Origin: a virus
Virus record (IMG/VR): IMGVR_UViG_3300013902_000028
Coordinates: 1-38,953 of that record
Length of the DNA: 38,953 nt
Reading direction: 5' to 3' (one strand)
In this document: one piece after another, positions 18,929 to 27,860 of the stretch
Position numbering within the stretch: the first letter of the stretch is position 1
Layout: every line of letters begins with the position of its first letter
The notes under the pieces: model-generated
Told to the model about the DNA's origin: nothing
The model's input: only the letters and a program-made list of their open reading frames with translations
Database searches by the model: none
Made by a program: the position numbers and the translations under genes

Positions 18929-20293
18929 ATGGCGGAGAAGCTCGAACTGATGAAGCATCAGCGCTATGCGCTGGGGTGCATGGGCGCGATGGACCATCTG
19001 GCCATCTACTACGAGGCCGGAACGGGGAAGACCGCCATCGCGCTGACATGGCTGATATCGGCGATGCGCGATGGAAGGGTGGGGAACGCCCTCATCGTCT
19101 GTCCTGCATCGCTCACGAACAACTGGGCGTCCTCCATCGACGGAATGATGCGCTTCGAGGGCGTCACGGAGGCCGATGTGGAGGCTCTGAAGGCCCGCAC
19201 GACCATAGTCTCGTACCGCAGGACCCTCGGAGACCGCGAAGTGCGCGTATTCAAGCGCGGCGGACGCGAATGCAAGAGCACGATATACCATCCGAAGGCC
19301 GAATTCGACCGCGAATGGGACGCGATAATCCTCGATGAGGCCCATTTCCTGGGCGGACATTCGAGCGGACAGACGCAGGTATGCCTTGAATTGGCCAGAA
19401 AAGCGCGTTACAGGTACATTCTGACTGGAACTCCCGTCTCCGGCTCGGCCAAAGGCGGGGGGAAGGACTGGCAGAAGCTCTACGGACAGATGAGATTCCT
19501 CGAACCGGACATCTGGCCGAGCTGGACGGCCTTCTGCGGGCGGTATGTGGCCTCTCTGGACAAGTGGTTCAAGCCCGATTCGTACAACGAGAGGGCCTGC
19601 GAGGAGCTCATACAGGCCCACGGCATCTTCGCAAGGCTCGAAGACTGCGTGGACATGCCCGGATTCACCGATACGGACATCGCCTGCCCTCTTGCGGAGA
19701 AGAAGGTGTACAAGGATGTGCGCGAGATGTGCCTCGATGCCTACAATATAGACCCTCAGACGGGAGGTTCGACCTTCGGGAAGCTCCTTCAGGTCTGTTC
19801 GGGCCATCTGAGGGACGATGACGGCCGCATCCTGCAGCTCAAGACGTCCAAGGACGAGGCTCTGGAGGACATCCTGCTCGGAACCGACGATAAAGTGGTC
19901 ATCTTCTGCAGATATACGCCTTCTGTGGACAGATGCGCCGAGATCGCACGCAAGATCGGCCGCAAAACGGTCATTTTCGACGGAAGACGCACCGAAGACA
20001 CGTCCGTGAAGTTCCAGAAAGGCGATGCGACGGTCATCGTGGCCCAGTATCTGGCAGGAGGAGCAGGTCTGGACCTGTTCGCAAGCCATACGATGGTCAT
20101 GTACGAGCCGACTCTGAGCTCATTGGAGCTGGCGCAGTCCCGTGCGCGCATATACAGAAAAGGACAGACCGAGAAATGCAGATATCTGTGCCTGACGACG
20201 CCGGGAACGGTCGAGGACAAGGTCTGGAAGAGCGTTCTGAACGGCGTGGACGTCACTGCGGAGATGCTCAGAGAGTATTCTCTGGGTTCGTGA
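18929..20293 (+). CDS. SNF2-like superfamily 2 helicase, 454 aa
   Basis: EAGTGKT Walker A, IILDEAH, LTGTP, GGAGLDL and RIYRKGQ motifs. Confidence 0.93.
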   Translation: MAEKLELMKHQRYALGCMGAMDHLAIYYEAGTGKTAIALTWLISAMRDGRVGNALIVCPASLTNNWASSIDGMMRFEGVTEADVEALKARTTIVSYRRTLGDREVRVFKRGGRECKSTIYHPKAEFDREWDAIILDEAHFLGGHSSGQTQVCLELARKARYRYILTGTPVSGSAKGGGKDWQKLYGQMRFLEPDIWPSWTAFCGRYVASLDKWFKPDSYNERACEELIQAHGIFARLEDCVDMPGFTDTDIACPLAEKKVYKDVREMCLDAYNIDPQTGGSTFGKLLQVCSGHLRDDDGRILQLKTSKDEALEDILLGTDDKVVIFCRYTPSVDRCAEIARKIGRKTVIFDGRRTEDTSVKFQKGDATVIVAQYLAGGAGLDLFASHTMVMYEPTLSSLELAQSRARIYRKGQTEKCRYLCLTTPGTVEDKVWKSVLNGVDVTAEMLREYSLGS

Positions 20294-20312
20294 TGAATAC
20301 ATTGTAGAAATG

Positions 20313-20320
20313 TATATATA
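20313..20320 (+). promoter_or_regulatory. TATA box upstream of the recombination operon
   Basis: TATATATA followed by a GAGGTGA SD and ATG 20364. Confidence 0.55.
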
Positions 20321-20363
20321 CACAGTGTGCATACAAGGATTTGCAAGAAGCGAGGTGAGAAAG

Positions 20364-21263
20364 ATGCCTGAAGAAGCGATTGCGAAGAAGAAAGCGAAGA
20401 AAATCGAAGAAGAAGCACAGACTGAAGAGAATATGGAGAATATCGAAGAGGCCATCGAGGAATGCGTCGAGGAGACGCCCGCCGAGAGCGGCCCGTATCC
20501 CGTCGGAGTGCTCAGGAAGCTCAACCAGATAAGGGGGATGACCCTTACCATGGACTGGACCCCCGACAAGGTCATGAAGATCGGCTCCGACAGGAGCAAA
20601 TGGTACCCGTACCTGTCCGTGGACAGGATGAAGTCCCTCCTGAACCCTGCCTTCGCCAAGGCCGGACTGGAGGTCGTTCCCTGCTATGAGGATATCGCGT
20701 TCCGCGGAGCCATCGGGAACATGAGCCAGCATGTCACCCTGATGCTGATCATCGATGTCGTGGACATCGACACGGGAGCATATATCAGGTACCGCGTCCC
20801 CGGAGAGGCCGGGGATTCGGGCGACAAGGCCCTGTCCAAGGCGGGAACCTATGCTCTGAAGGGCTGGCTGTCCGGAACGTTCATGCTCGGAGAGGGGTTC
20901 GACCCCAATATGACCGAGAGCGACGAGTCCTCGGACGGCTTCCCTGCAAGGCCTACGCTCACAGAGGCCGTCGAGATGAAGTCCAAGGTGCTGGACGGGG
21001 GCGTCAAGCCCGCTGTGAAGGCTCCGAAGGCTCCAGAGGCCCCCAAGGCGGCCGCTCCTGCGCCGAAAGCGAAGGCGGATGGGAAGAAGCCGACGCTCAT
21101 CCAGGAAGCGACCATGAAGAAGATCTGCGACAGCTGGGCGGAGGCGGCCCGCGAGGGCAAGGTCGGCGCCGAGAGGTACAACGCCATGTCCGAGGCGAGG
21201 GCGTCCGTATCCACGCAGTCCGATGCAGTGGACTTCATCGCCGACTTCGAGAAGGTGGCGTGA
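20364..21263 (+). CDS. ERF-family single-strand annealing protein, 299 aa
   Basis: GEAGDSGDKALSKAGTYALK motif; adjacent to a YqaJ exonuclease. Confidence 0.85.
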   Translation: MPEEAIAKKKAKKIEEEAQTEENMENIEEAIEECVEETPAESGPYPVGVLRKLNQIRGMTLTMDWTPDKVMKIGSDRSKWYPYLSVDRMKSLLNPAFAKAGLEVVPCYEDIAFRGAIGNMSQHVTLMLIIDVVDIDTGAYIRYRVPGEAGDSGDKALSKAGTYALKGWLSGTFMLGEGFDPNMTESDESSDGFPARPTLTEAVEMKSKVLDGGVKPAVKAPKAPEAPKAAAPAPKAKADGKKPTLIQEATMKKICDSWAEAAREGKVGAERYNAMSEARASVSTQSDAVDFIADFEKVA

Positions 21264-22336
21264 TGGCCCGCAGGTACAGTGCGCCCAAGTGCGCATACAC
21301 CGTCGAGAACGGAGTCATCCGCACCGACGGATCCGTGCACAACAAGGTCACTGGAACCGCCATGGCCGCGGTTCTGGGACTGTCTCCGTGGTCCACGCCG
21401 TTCCAGGCGGCCTGCTCCATGCTGGGGCTGGGAAGAGAGGACCTGGATGGGAAGCCCGCCATCGAGACGGGAAAGGCCCTCGAACCTGTGATAATCGACT
21501 ACCTGGGCAGAACGTATCCCGAGCAGGGCCTGTTCCTGCCTGCGGAGAAGGTCTTCGAGAAGCGCGAGGGCGACCACGACTCGTGGGAGTCCGACTTCGA
21601 GGACGATGTCTTCGCAGGACACGTGGACGGCATCGTGATGCGCAAGGCGGAGGACGGCTCCTCCGACGAGTACATCCTCGAGATCAAGACGTCCGGGAAC
21701 GTCGGAGCATGGACGGGCAAGGAGCATGCGGGAGTGCCGGAGTACTACTACTGGCAGGTCGCACTGTACAACGAGTTCCTGACGCAGAAGGACAAGGCCT
21801 TCGTCGGACTCGGACTGGTCGATAGGAACGCATACGCCAACCCGCAGTGCTGGGTGCCCAGCACGCAGACGTCGGCGCTGTTCGAGATGCCCATCGACAG
21901 GGAGCAGGTGGCGGAAGGGATGGAGCGCGTGAGGGCATGGTACGCCGAATACGTGCTCGGCAACGTCACTCCTCCCTACGACCCGTCCAACGACGGCGAC
22001 AGGGAGCTCTACGAGCATCTGGCGGGACTGGTCGAATCCATCGATGAGACCCGCGCCCGTCTGGAGGAGCTGGCAGACATCGACAGGAAGCTGGCCGTGG
22101 CCGAGCTGGAGCACGCGGACCTGACGGCCGCGAAGGAATCCCTGCAGGCCCAGCTCAAGGACTGGATGGGATACCACAAGGTGTCCTCTCTCGCAGGAGA
22201 GGGATGCACCGCTTCGCTCTCCGTATCCGAGAGGAAGACTCTGGACAAGGGTCTTCTCAAGGAAGCGGGAATCGATGTGGACAAATACATGAAGGTCACA
22301 TCCGTGAGCACATTCAGGCTCAAGAGGAGAGACTGA
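21263..22336 (+). CDS. YqaJ/lambda-exonuclease family recombinase nuclease, 357 aa
   Basis: AAVLGLSPWSTP, GKALEP, GHVDG, LEIKT and YYWQVALY motifs; TGATG coupling. Confidence 0.92.
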   Translation: MARRYSAPKCAYTVENGVIRTDGSVHNKVTGTAMAAVLGLSPWSTPFQAACSMLGLGREDLDGKPAIETGKALEPVIIDYLGRTYPEQGLFLPAEKVFEKREGDHDSWESDFEDDVFAGHVDGIVMRKAEDGSSDEYILEIKTSGNVGAWTGKEHAGVPEYYYWQVALYNEFLTQKDKAFVGLGLVDRNAYANPQCWVPSTQTSALFEMPIDREQVAEGMERVRAWYAEYVLGNVTPPYDPSNDGDRELYEHLAGLVESIDETRARLEELADIDRKLAVAELEHADLTAAKESLQAQLKDWMGYHKVSSLAGEGCTASLSVSERKTLDKGLLKEAGIDVDKYMKVTSVSTFRLKRRD

Positions 22337-22377
22337 AAACCCTTTACCGATGAAAAAGAACACAAGGAGTGAATGAA

Positions 22378-22881
22378 ATGGCATTCGAGAACAAGACATG
22401 GGCGCTCAGCGGAATCAACGTATCCGTCGCGGGGGACTACATCCCGCCCGAGGAGGGATACCAGTACCTCAAGATCACCTCCGCATCCTACGACGAGAAC
22501 AACGCGAGATACAAGATCGGATTCACGTCCCTCTCCAACAACGCGGACTTCTCCCAGATGTACTTCTTCAGCGCGAAGGACGACGATTCCTTCCCGCCGA
22601 AGCTCACCAACGTGAAGCAGATGGGGGTCGTGGCATCCCTCGGAAAGGCCCTCAGCGGAACCAATATCGGCATCCCCAATCCCGAGAGCATAGTCGGAGG
22701 AGTCGTCCTCGCGGACGTCAAGCTGGAGACCTACAACGACAAGACCAGAGCCAAGATCTGGAAGTACGAGCCCGTCCCCAGAGACATCGTGGAGAGCTTC
22801 GCCGACATCGAGCAGTTCTACGAGCCTACCGATGAGGACGTCTCGGGCGCCGAGGAGCCTTCGGAGGAGGCCTCCGAGTGA
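22378..22881 (+). CDS. Probable single-stranded DNA-binding protein, 167 aa
   Basis: Beta-rich, acidic C-tail, position after ERF and exonuclease. Function is inference. Confidence 0.55.
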   Translation: MAFENKTWALSGINVSVAGDYIPPEEGYQYLKITSASYDENNARYKIGFTSLSNNADFSQMYFFSAKDDDSFPPKLTNVKQMGVVASLGKALSGTNIGIPNPESIVGGVVLADVKLETYNDKTRAKIWKYEPVPRDIVESFADIEQFYEPTDEDVSGAEEPSEEASE

Positions 22882-22918
22882 AACCGAGGGGCTTCGGCCC
22901 CTCCAACGGTGTGATAGG

Positions 22919-23200
22919 ATGACCAATGAGTATCTTCTGACCAACTGTCTGCACCTCGCCACGAACGGAACTCCGTATCTGTCCATCCCCAAGCTGTGGG
23001 ACATGGATGAGGGAGACCTGGTCGATGTGATCCTGATAGTCCGCGACAGCGACGAGGTGCTGCAGATCGGCAGGAAGACGGTCGCCAACCGCGGCGGCTC
23101 CCAGTGCATATACGTCCCGAAGAGCCTGTATGACACGTACGATCTGAAAGGGAAGATGCTGAACATCTCGGTACGCAAGGTGCAGCATGAGGCAGCCTGA
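22919..23200 (+). CDS. AbrB/SpoVT-like (swapped hairpin) regulator, 93 aa
   Basis: Two repeats of a GxxYLSIPK / GSQCIYVPK-type hairpin. Confidence 0.55.
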   Translation: MTNEYLLTNCLHLATNGTPYLSIPKLWDMDEGDLVDVILIVRDSDEVLQIGRKTVANRGGSQCIYVPKSLYDTYDLKGKMLNISVRKVQHEAA

Positions 23201-23552
23201 GAGCATCATCAAGTCCGATATCAAGAAGGCTCTCGCCGAGAGGGGCGCATACTTCGCACCCGTGGCGCAGGGAAGCTTCGGAAAGCCGGGCGACCCCGAC
23301 ATGGTCGTCTGCTACAGGGGTCTGTTCATCGGCATGGAGGTCAAGACCGCCGCCGGGAGCATGAGGCCCATCCAGAAGCGCCGCATGAAGGAGATAAGGG
23401 CCGCAGGAGGCGTCTACGCCCTGCCCCGCTCCGTCGAGGATGCGATGGCCCTGCTGGACGAGCTGGACCCGATACTGGACGAGATGGAGCGCATGGCGGA
23501 AGAGCATGGATTGAGCATAGGAGGAATGGGACATGTGGAAGAAGAGTCGTGA
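23187..23552 (+). CDS. VRR-NUC domain nuclease, 121 aa
   Basis: ESIIKSDI...GDPDMVVCYRGLFIGMEVKT...Q...I.AAGG PD-(D/E)xK pattern. Confidence 0.9.
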   Translation: MRQPESIIKSDIKKALAERGAYFAPVAQGSFGKPGDPDMVVCYRGLFIGMEVKTAAGSMRPIQKRRMKEIRAAGGVYALPRSVEDAMALLDELDPILDEMERMAEEHGLSIGGMGHVEEES

Positions 23553-23733
23553 GAACCCGAAGGACATCACCATCGGCGTCCATCTGGACAGAGCGGACCC
23601 TGCTGTCAAGACCTATTCGCTGGGTTTCGAGATAGGGCGCAAGCAGGTGGAGGTCATGTTCACGGAGCATGCTTTCAAAGAGCTCGTCGAGAAGATGGGC
23701 GAAGCTCTGAACGAGGCCTCGCGCATATATCGA
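23533..23733 (+). CDS. Hypothetical protein, 66 aa, ending at CGA (standard code: TAA 23763)
   Basis: GGAGG SD; CGA ends it just before the next promoter instead of running through its TATA box. Confidence 0.65.
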
Positions 23734-23756
23734 GGGGCTTTCCAAACCATTTATCC

Positions 23757-23764
23757 TTTATAAA
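23757..23764 (+). promoter_or_regulatory. TATA box (TTTATAAA) of the neck/tail operon, leaderless
   Basis: 22 nt before ATG 23787. Confidence 0.65.
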
Positions 23765-23786
23765 TCAGATATACATTCTGCAAAGC

Positions 23787-24521
23787 ATGATCGATTCAAG
23801 CGGTACGGATGTCTATTGCACGCCGGATGACGTGGCGATGGCGATGGACCTTCCCAGTCCGGACGACCCCTTCAAAACGATGGCATTCGACGATATGAGC
23901 CATCCGTCCTTCGAGCAGGTGGAGCGCATGATACGCTCCAACAGCGAGATGATAGACAGGCGTCTGAGGCGTTCCTGGCGCGAGAACCGCGTCAAGGACA
24001 GGGTGGTATCCATCGACGTCTACGAGCATGACGAGAACACGTGGCGCACGGAATACTGGCTCCGCGGAGGCAACTTCGTCCAGCTCGAACGCGACCTGCG
24101 CCCCCTGGACCCTGCGAAGGGGGACAAGGTGGAGGTGCGCTCCTTCTCCGGCCAGTGGCGCGACGTCAGCGCATTCGAGGGCAGCGATGCGGACCCTTCG
24201 GAGAACCAATGCAGGTTCTGGGTGGACCCTGAGCGCGGGAGGCTCTTCTACCGCGCCAATATCTTCCAGCCCCGCTACAACACGCTCAGGCTGACCTACA
24301 GATGGGGAAGCGAGGAGCCTGCGCCCGAGGCCATCAGAAGGCTGTGCGTCCTTCTCACGATGATACAGATACTCCAGACCCAGCCGTTCTTCATCAAGGT
24401 CGGACAGGGCGGGGACCTCGGCATGGTGAGGCAGGACATGATAAAGACGTGGACGGAGGAATCCAACTACATCTGGGGCGCATACCAGAGGCCCTCCGCC
24501 GTGTTCTCCATGTACGGGTGA
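23787..24521 (+). CDS. Probable head-tail adaptor protein, 244 aa
   Basis: N-terminal YCTPDDV, C-terminal LTYRWG...PEAIRRLC; position ahead of tail genes. Confidence 0.65.
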   Translation: MIDSSGTDVYCTPDDVAMAMDLPSPDDPFKTMAFDDMSHPSFEQVERMIRSNSEMIDRRLRRSWRENRVKDRVVSIDVYEHDENTWRTEYWLRGGNFVQLERDLRPLDPAKGDKVEVRSFSGQWRDVSAFEGSDADPSENQCRFWVDPERGRLFYRANIFQPRYNTLRLTYRWGSEEPAPEAIRRLCVLLTMIQILQTQPFFIKVGQGGDLGMVRQDMIKTWTEESNYIWGAYQRPSAVFSMYG

Positions 24522-24525
24522 GCGC

Positions 24526-25050
24526 ATGATGGACCACGTCATGGACACGGAGGCGCGGCCGGCGATATACGTCGGCGACGACGCGAAGCTCCTGTGCGAC
24601 ATCCTCGCGGAGGACTGGCCCGACACGCCCGGGGAGCCGAGGCCGCAGTTCGTCTACGAGCGCGAGAAGCTCATGATGGATTCCAGGTACGGCAGCGTGT
24701 TCGTGTACCTCATCTCGTCCCAGAGGATGGTGTCCGATACCGATTTCCGCACGGCCGACAGGATGCCCAGGCTGGCGATCAAGCTCTCGTGCAGGTCGAG
24801 GGAGCTGATGTTCAGATGGGCCAGGATCATCGAGTCCATCCTCCAGTCCCGTCGCAGGGCGATGAGGGCGGTCAGCCCCTACACGTACCTGGAGGTGACG
24901 AACGAGCGCCCCGACAACTCGGCGGACGGCTGGTACACATACACCTACGACATCAAGCTCACAGGATACCACGTTCCCATCCTCGGTAGCGGTGTTTTTA
25001 AACCCTCCAGAGGATATGACGGGTATGACGAGATACACGGAGGCCCTTGA
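24526..25050 (+). CDS. Probable tail terminator/completion protein, 174 aa
   Basis: Size and position directly before the tail tube gene. Confidence 0.5.
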   Translation: MMDHVMDTEARPAIYVGDDAKLLCDILAEDWPDTPGEPRPQFVYEREKLMMDSRYGSVFVYLISSQRMVSDTDFRTADRMPRLAIKLSCRSRELMFRWARIIESILQSRRRAMRAVSPYTYLEVTNERPDNSADGWYTYTYDIKLTGYHVPILGSGVFKPSRGYDGYDEIHGGP

Positions 25051-26124
25051 ATGACGGGGGTCCGCCAATCATTCATGGTTGCGAAGGAGACCTCCTTCGC
25101 ATCCGGGGAGCCCGACGACGACGGCTGGTTCCACCTTCCGCCCAACTTCTTCGCGCAGGCGACGCCGACCGTATCGACCACGGAGCTGTACGGCGCAGGG
25201 TCGAAATTCTACGAGACCGTGGATTACGGCCAGTTCTCCGGCTCCTTCGAGATGTCGTTCGCAATGGACTATGAGAATCTGGCACTGTATCAGATGATAT
25301 TCGATACCGTGACCACGGCATCCGCAGGAGCGGGGAAGTGGAAGCACACGTTCTCCCTCAGGAACAATGCGCTGGTGCCGTCCTTCGTCATCAAGGGGGT
25401 GACGCTCAACGGCATCACCGTCAACGGAGGACAGGACGAGAGGTTCACCCTCGTGGGATGCGTGGCCAAATCCATCAGATTCTCCCGCTCCTCGGGTGCG
25501 GCGAGGACGACCGTCACCATATCGGGATTCTATTCCGACGAGAAGACGGAGCTGGGCGACTACGGCACGTTCTACGAGGACTACGACGGCCACCTCGTGG
25601 AGTTCTCCTGTTTGTTCAAGGGAGAGGCGGAGAGCGCCAACTACATGGCGAACGTCGAATCCATCACCATCGGTCTGGATATCGGAACCAACCCCAACTA
25701 CACCACATGCAGAGGCACCTCCGTCGGATACTACGGAGGGAAGGCGGACATCCAGCTGGGGATGACCGCATACGCCAACGACTTCCTGCGCTACAGGGCG
25801 CTGGTCATGGGCGGAGGGTCGAAGACCACCGAGATATCCTCGAACGTCTACAGATTCATGTGCAAGGGCAAGAGGCCCATGCCGCTGATGACCGTGGCAT
25901 CGTTCACCGAATGCCGCGACGAGGGCGAGACGTTCGAGAGCGCGATCGGCAAGTCCGACCGCAGCGTCGCCTTTATAGTCGAGGATGTCATCATGAACTC
26001 GTTCACAAGGCAGAAGGGAGACGGGTCCAGGCTCATCGACCAGATGAGCTCGTCGAAATGCAGGAAGCTGACCATCGAGATAGTCAACGGACAGGAGGAT
26101 CTGGGTACCGGACGCACCGTGTGA
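25051..26124 (+). CDS. Probable major tail tube protein, 357 aa
   Basis: N-terminal VAKETSFA; beta-rich; followed by chaperone and tape measure genes. Confidence 0.75.
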   Translation: MTGVRQSFMVAKETSFASGEPDDDGWFHLPPNFFAQATPTVSTTELYGAGSKFYETVDYGQFSGSFEMSFAMDYENLALYQMIFDTVTTASAGAGKWKHTFSLRNNALVPSFVIKGVTLNGITVNGGQDERFTLVGCVAKSIRFSRSSGAARTTVTISGFYSDEKTELGDYGTFYEDYDGHLVEFSCLFKGEAESANYMANVESITIGLDIGTNPNYTTCRGTSVGYYGGKADIQLGMTAYANDFLRYRALVMGGGSKTTEISSNVYRFMCKGKRPMPLMTVASFTECRDEGETFESAIGKSDRSVAFIVEDVIMNSFTRQKGDGSRLIDQMSSSKCRKLTIEIVNGQEDLGTGRTV

Positions 26125-26138
26125 TGAGAGGTAACGGC

Positions 26139-26540
26139 ATGAGCGTGGATGGATCGATAAGGATCGATATGGCCGAGTACGGAATGAACGGGATCGTCAC
26201 GGTCCGCGAACCGAGGCTGACGAGGCGCAGGATGGCTGAGAACGCCATCGGACGCATCTCGGGCATCGGAGTCAACAAGGAGATAGATCTCTCCAAGACC
26301 AGCGCGGGCGACGTGCAGACCATCGTGACCCTCATGTTCGTGGACTCCGCCCCGTTCCCCCTCGATCTGGAGGACCTGTCGGGATTCTATGCGTACTGCG
26401 ACAGGATGGATGATGCGTGCAGAGGCTCCGCAGAGAGGTTCTGGAAGGACCTGTCCGCGGCCGCGGAACACATCATGGAGGGCGAGAACGACCCTTTGGA
26501 AGTCTTTGCACCGGCTTCTCAGACAGGGAGCTCGGCCTGA
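26139..26540 (+). CDS. Tail assembly chaperone (G-like), 133 aa
   Basis: Between tube and tape measure genes; contains an in-frame slippery heptamer. Confidence 0.75.
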   Translation: MSVDGSIRIDMAEYGMNGIVTVREPRLTRRRMAENAIGRISGIGVNKEIDLSKTSAGDVQTIVTLMFVDSAPFPLDLEDLSGFYAYCDRMDDACRGSAERFWKDLSAAAEHIMEGENDPLEVFAPASQTGSSA

Positions 26541-26764
26541 CCCTGTACGAGGATGCGATCAAGAAGGGCGAGCTGGAGGGCGAGATGGCCCTCCTCTTCG
26601 CCTATGGTCTCCACCTCCGTCAGGGCGGGAGCATCGACAGCTTCATGGAGCTGAACTACTCCGACATCCAGATCCTGATATCCACCGAGATGGGCCTGCG
26701 CAGGTACAGCGCGGGACTCGAAGCCGACGCCGTCCTATCGAGGCTGTTCGCCAGGGATGATTGA
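26492..26764 (+). CDS. -1 frame extension of the chaperone (T-like), reached via C CCT TTG
   Basis: The protein-like -1 frame (PFGSLC...LTLYEDAIKK...RLFARDD) begins at the heptamer; no SD-ATG before the conserved-looking part. Confidence 0.7.
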   Translation, partial: PFGSLCTGFSDRELGLTLYEDAIKKGELEGEMALLFAYGLHLRQGGSIDSFMELNYSDIQILISTEMGLRRYSAGLEADAVLSRLFARDD

Positions 26765-26765
26765 A

Positions 26766-27860
26766 ATGGCTGAAGAAGGAATCAAGATCAGACTGGGATT
26801 CGAGCTGTCCCCCGAAGACCTGGAGAAGCTGAGGAAGGCGCTGGAGCAGGTCATCAGCGAGCCTTTCGATGTCATTCCGGGCGGGAAGCCCTATACGCCA
26901 GGAAAGTATGCCGACAACAAGCAGACCGAGAGAGAGGCCAACGAGGCCCGCGAGAGCCTGAGTGACCAGTTCAAGGACTACATCAAGGATGAGAACAACC
27001 AGAAGAAGCTCATAACCAAGGGCGTGAACCAGGCCGAGAAGGCCGTTTCCGCCTCTCTTACCAAGGGATTCGGCATCGTCGAGGACATCTACGGCAGGCT
27101 GAAGTCGGCATCGCCTCTCCTTCAGACCATCGAGCAGCTGTTCAACCTCGCCATGACCCTGTTCTTCATGCCTCTGGGCAACAAGCTGGCCGAAGTCCTC
27201 ATCCCTGCCACGGTGGACCTTCTGGACAAGGTCGTGGACATGTGGGATGCGTTCGAGGGGAAGACGCTGGGCGAGATGTTCGCATACGCTATCGACTACG
27301 GCGTCAAACTCTTCGGAGAATACTTCACGAACATCGGCGAGCTCCTCGAAGACCAGGGCGGCCTCGTGGGGGGCATCGGCACGATGCTCCAGACTATAGG
27401 CGCATTCATCGAGGGGCCCGCGATAGGCGTGCTGAACACCATCCTCACCGCCACCACCGTCATCCTGAGCCATCTGAAGGAGTTCATATCGCTGTGGATA
27501 GCGATGAAGGCCGCGGAGATGGCGATAAACGCGATGGGCATATTCAAGGACCTGGGGGCGGGCACGATGGTCGCCGTCGCGGCCATTGCCGCATTGGCCG
27601 CGGGCGCCACATCGTACGGCACTCTGACAGGGCTGGGAATGGCCGACGGGGGATATGTGCCCGCCAAGGCCGGAGGCTCGCTCAGAGTGCTCGGAGAAGG
27701 CGGGAAAGGCGAATACGTCATCCCCGAGGACAGGATGGGAAGCGTCGGAGGGAGCACGACGATCAATGTGTACGGATACACCGATTCGGAGCTGAAGACC
27801 ATCATCAGGGATACGGTCAACGAGCAGGTGTCCCAGTCGCGCATCAGGGGGTCGTTCCGA
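26766..27860 (+). CDS. Short tape-measure-like protein, 364 aa, ending at CGA (standard code: 27881)
   Basis: Helical Ala/Gly/Leu/Ile-rich body; C-terminal MADGGYVP...GEGG.GEYVIP motif; CGATG overlap with the next gene. Confidence 0.75.

Noticed and set aside
10283-27860. Terminal CGA codons as a motif-specific sequencing error of TGA
   Set aside because: Flanking bases differ at all sites, and an error would not explain the absence of CGA inside genes; read-level confirmation is still needed.
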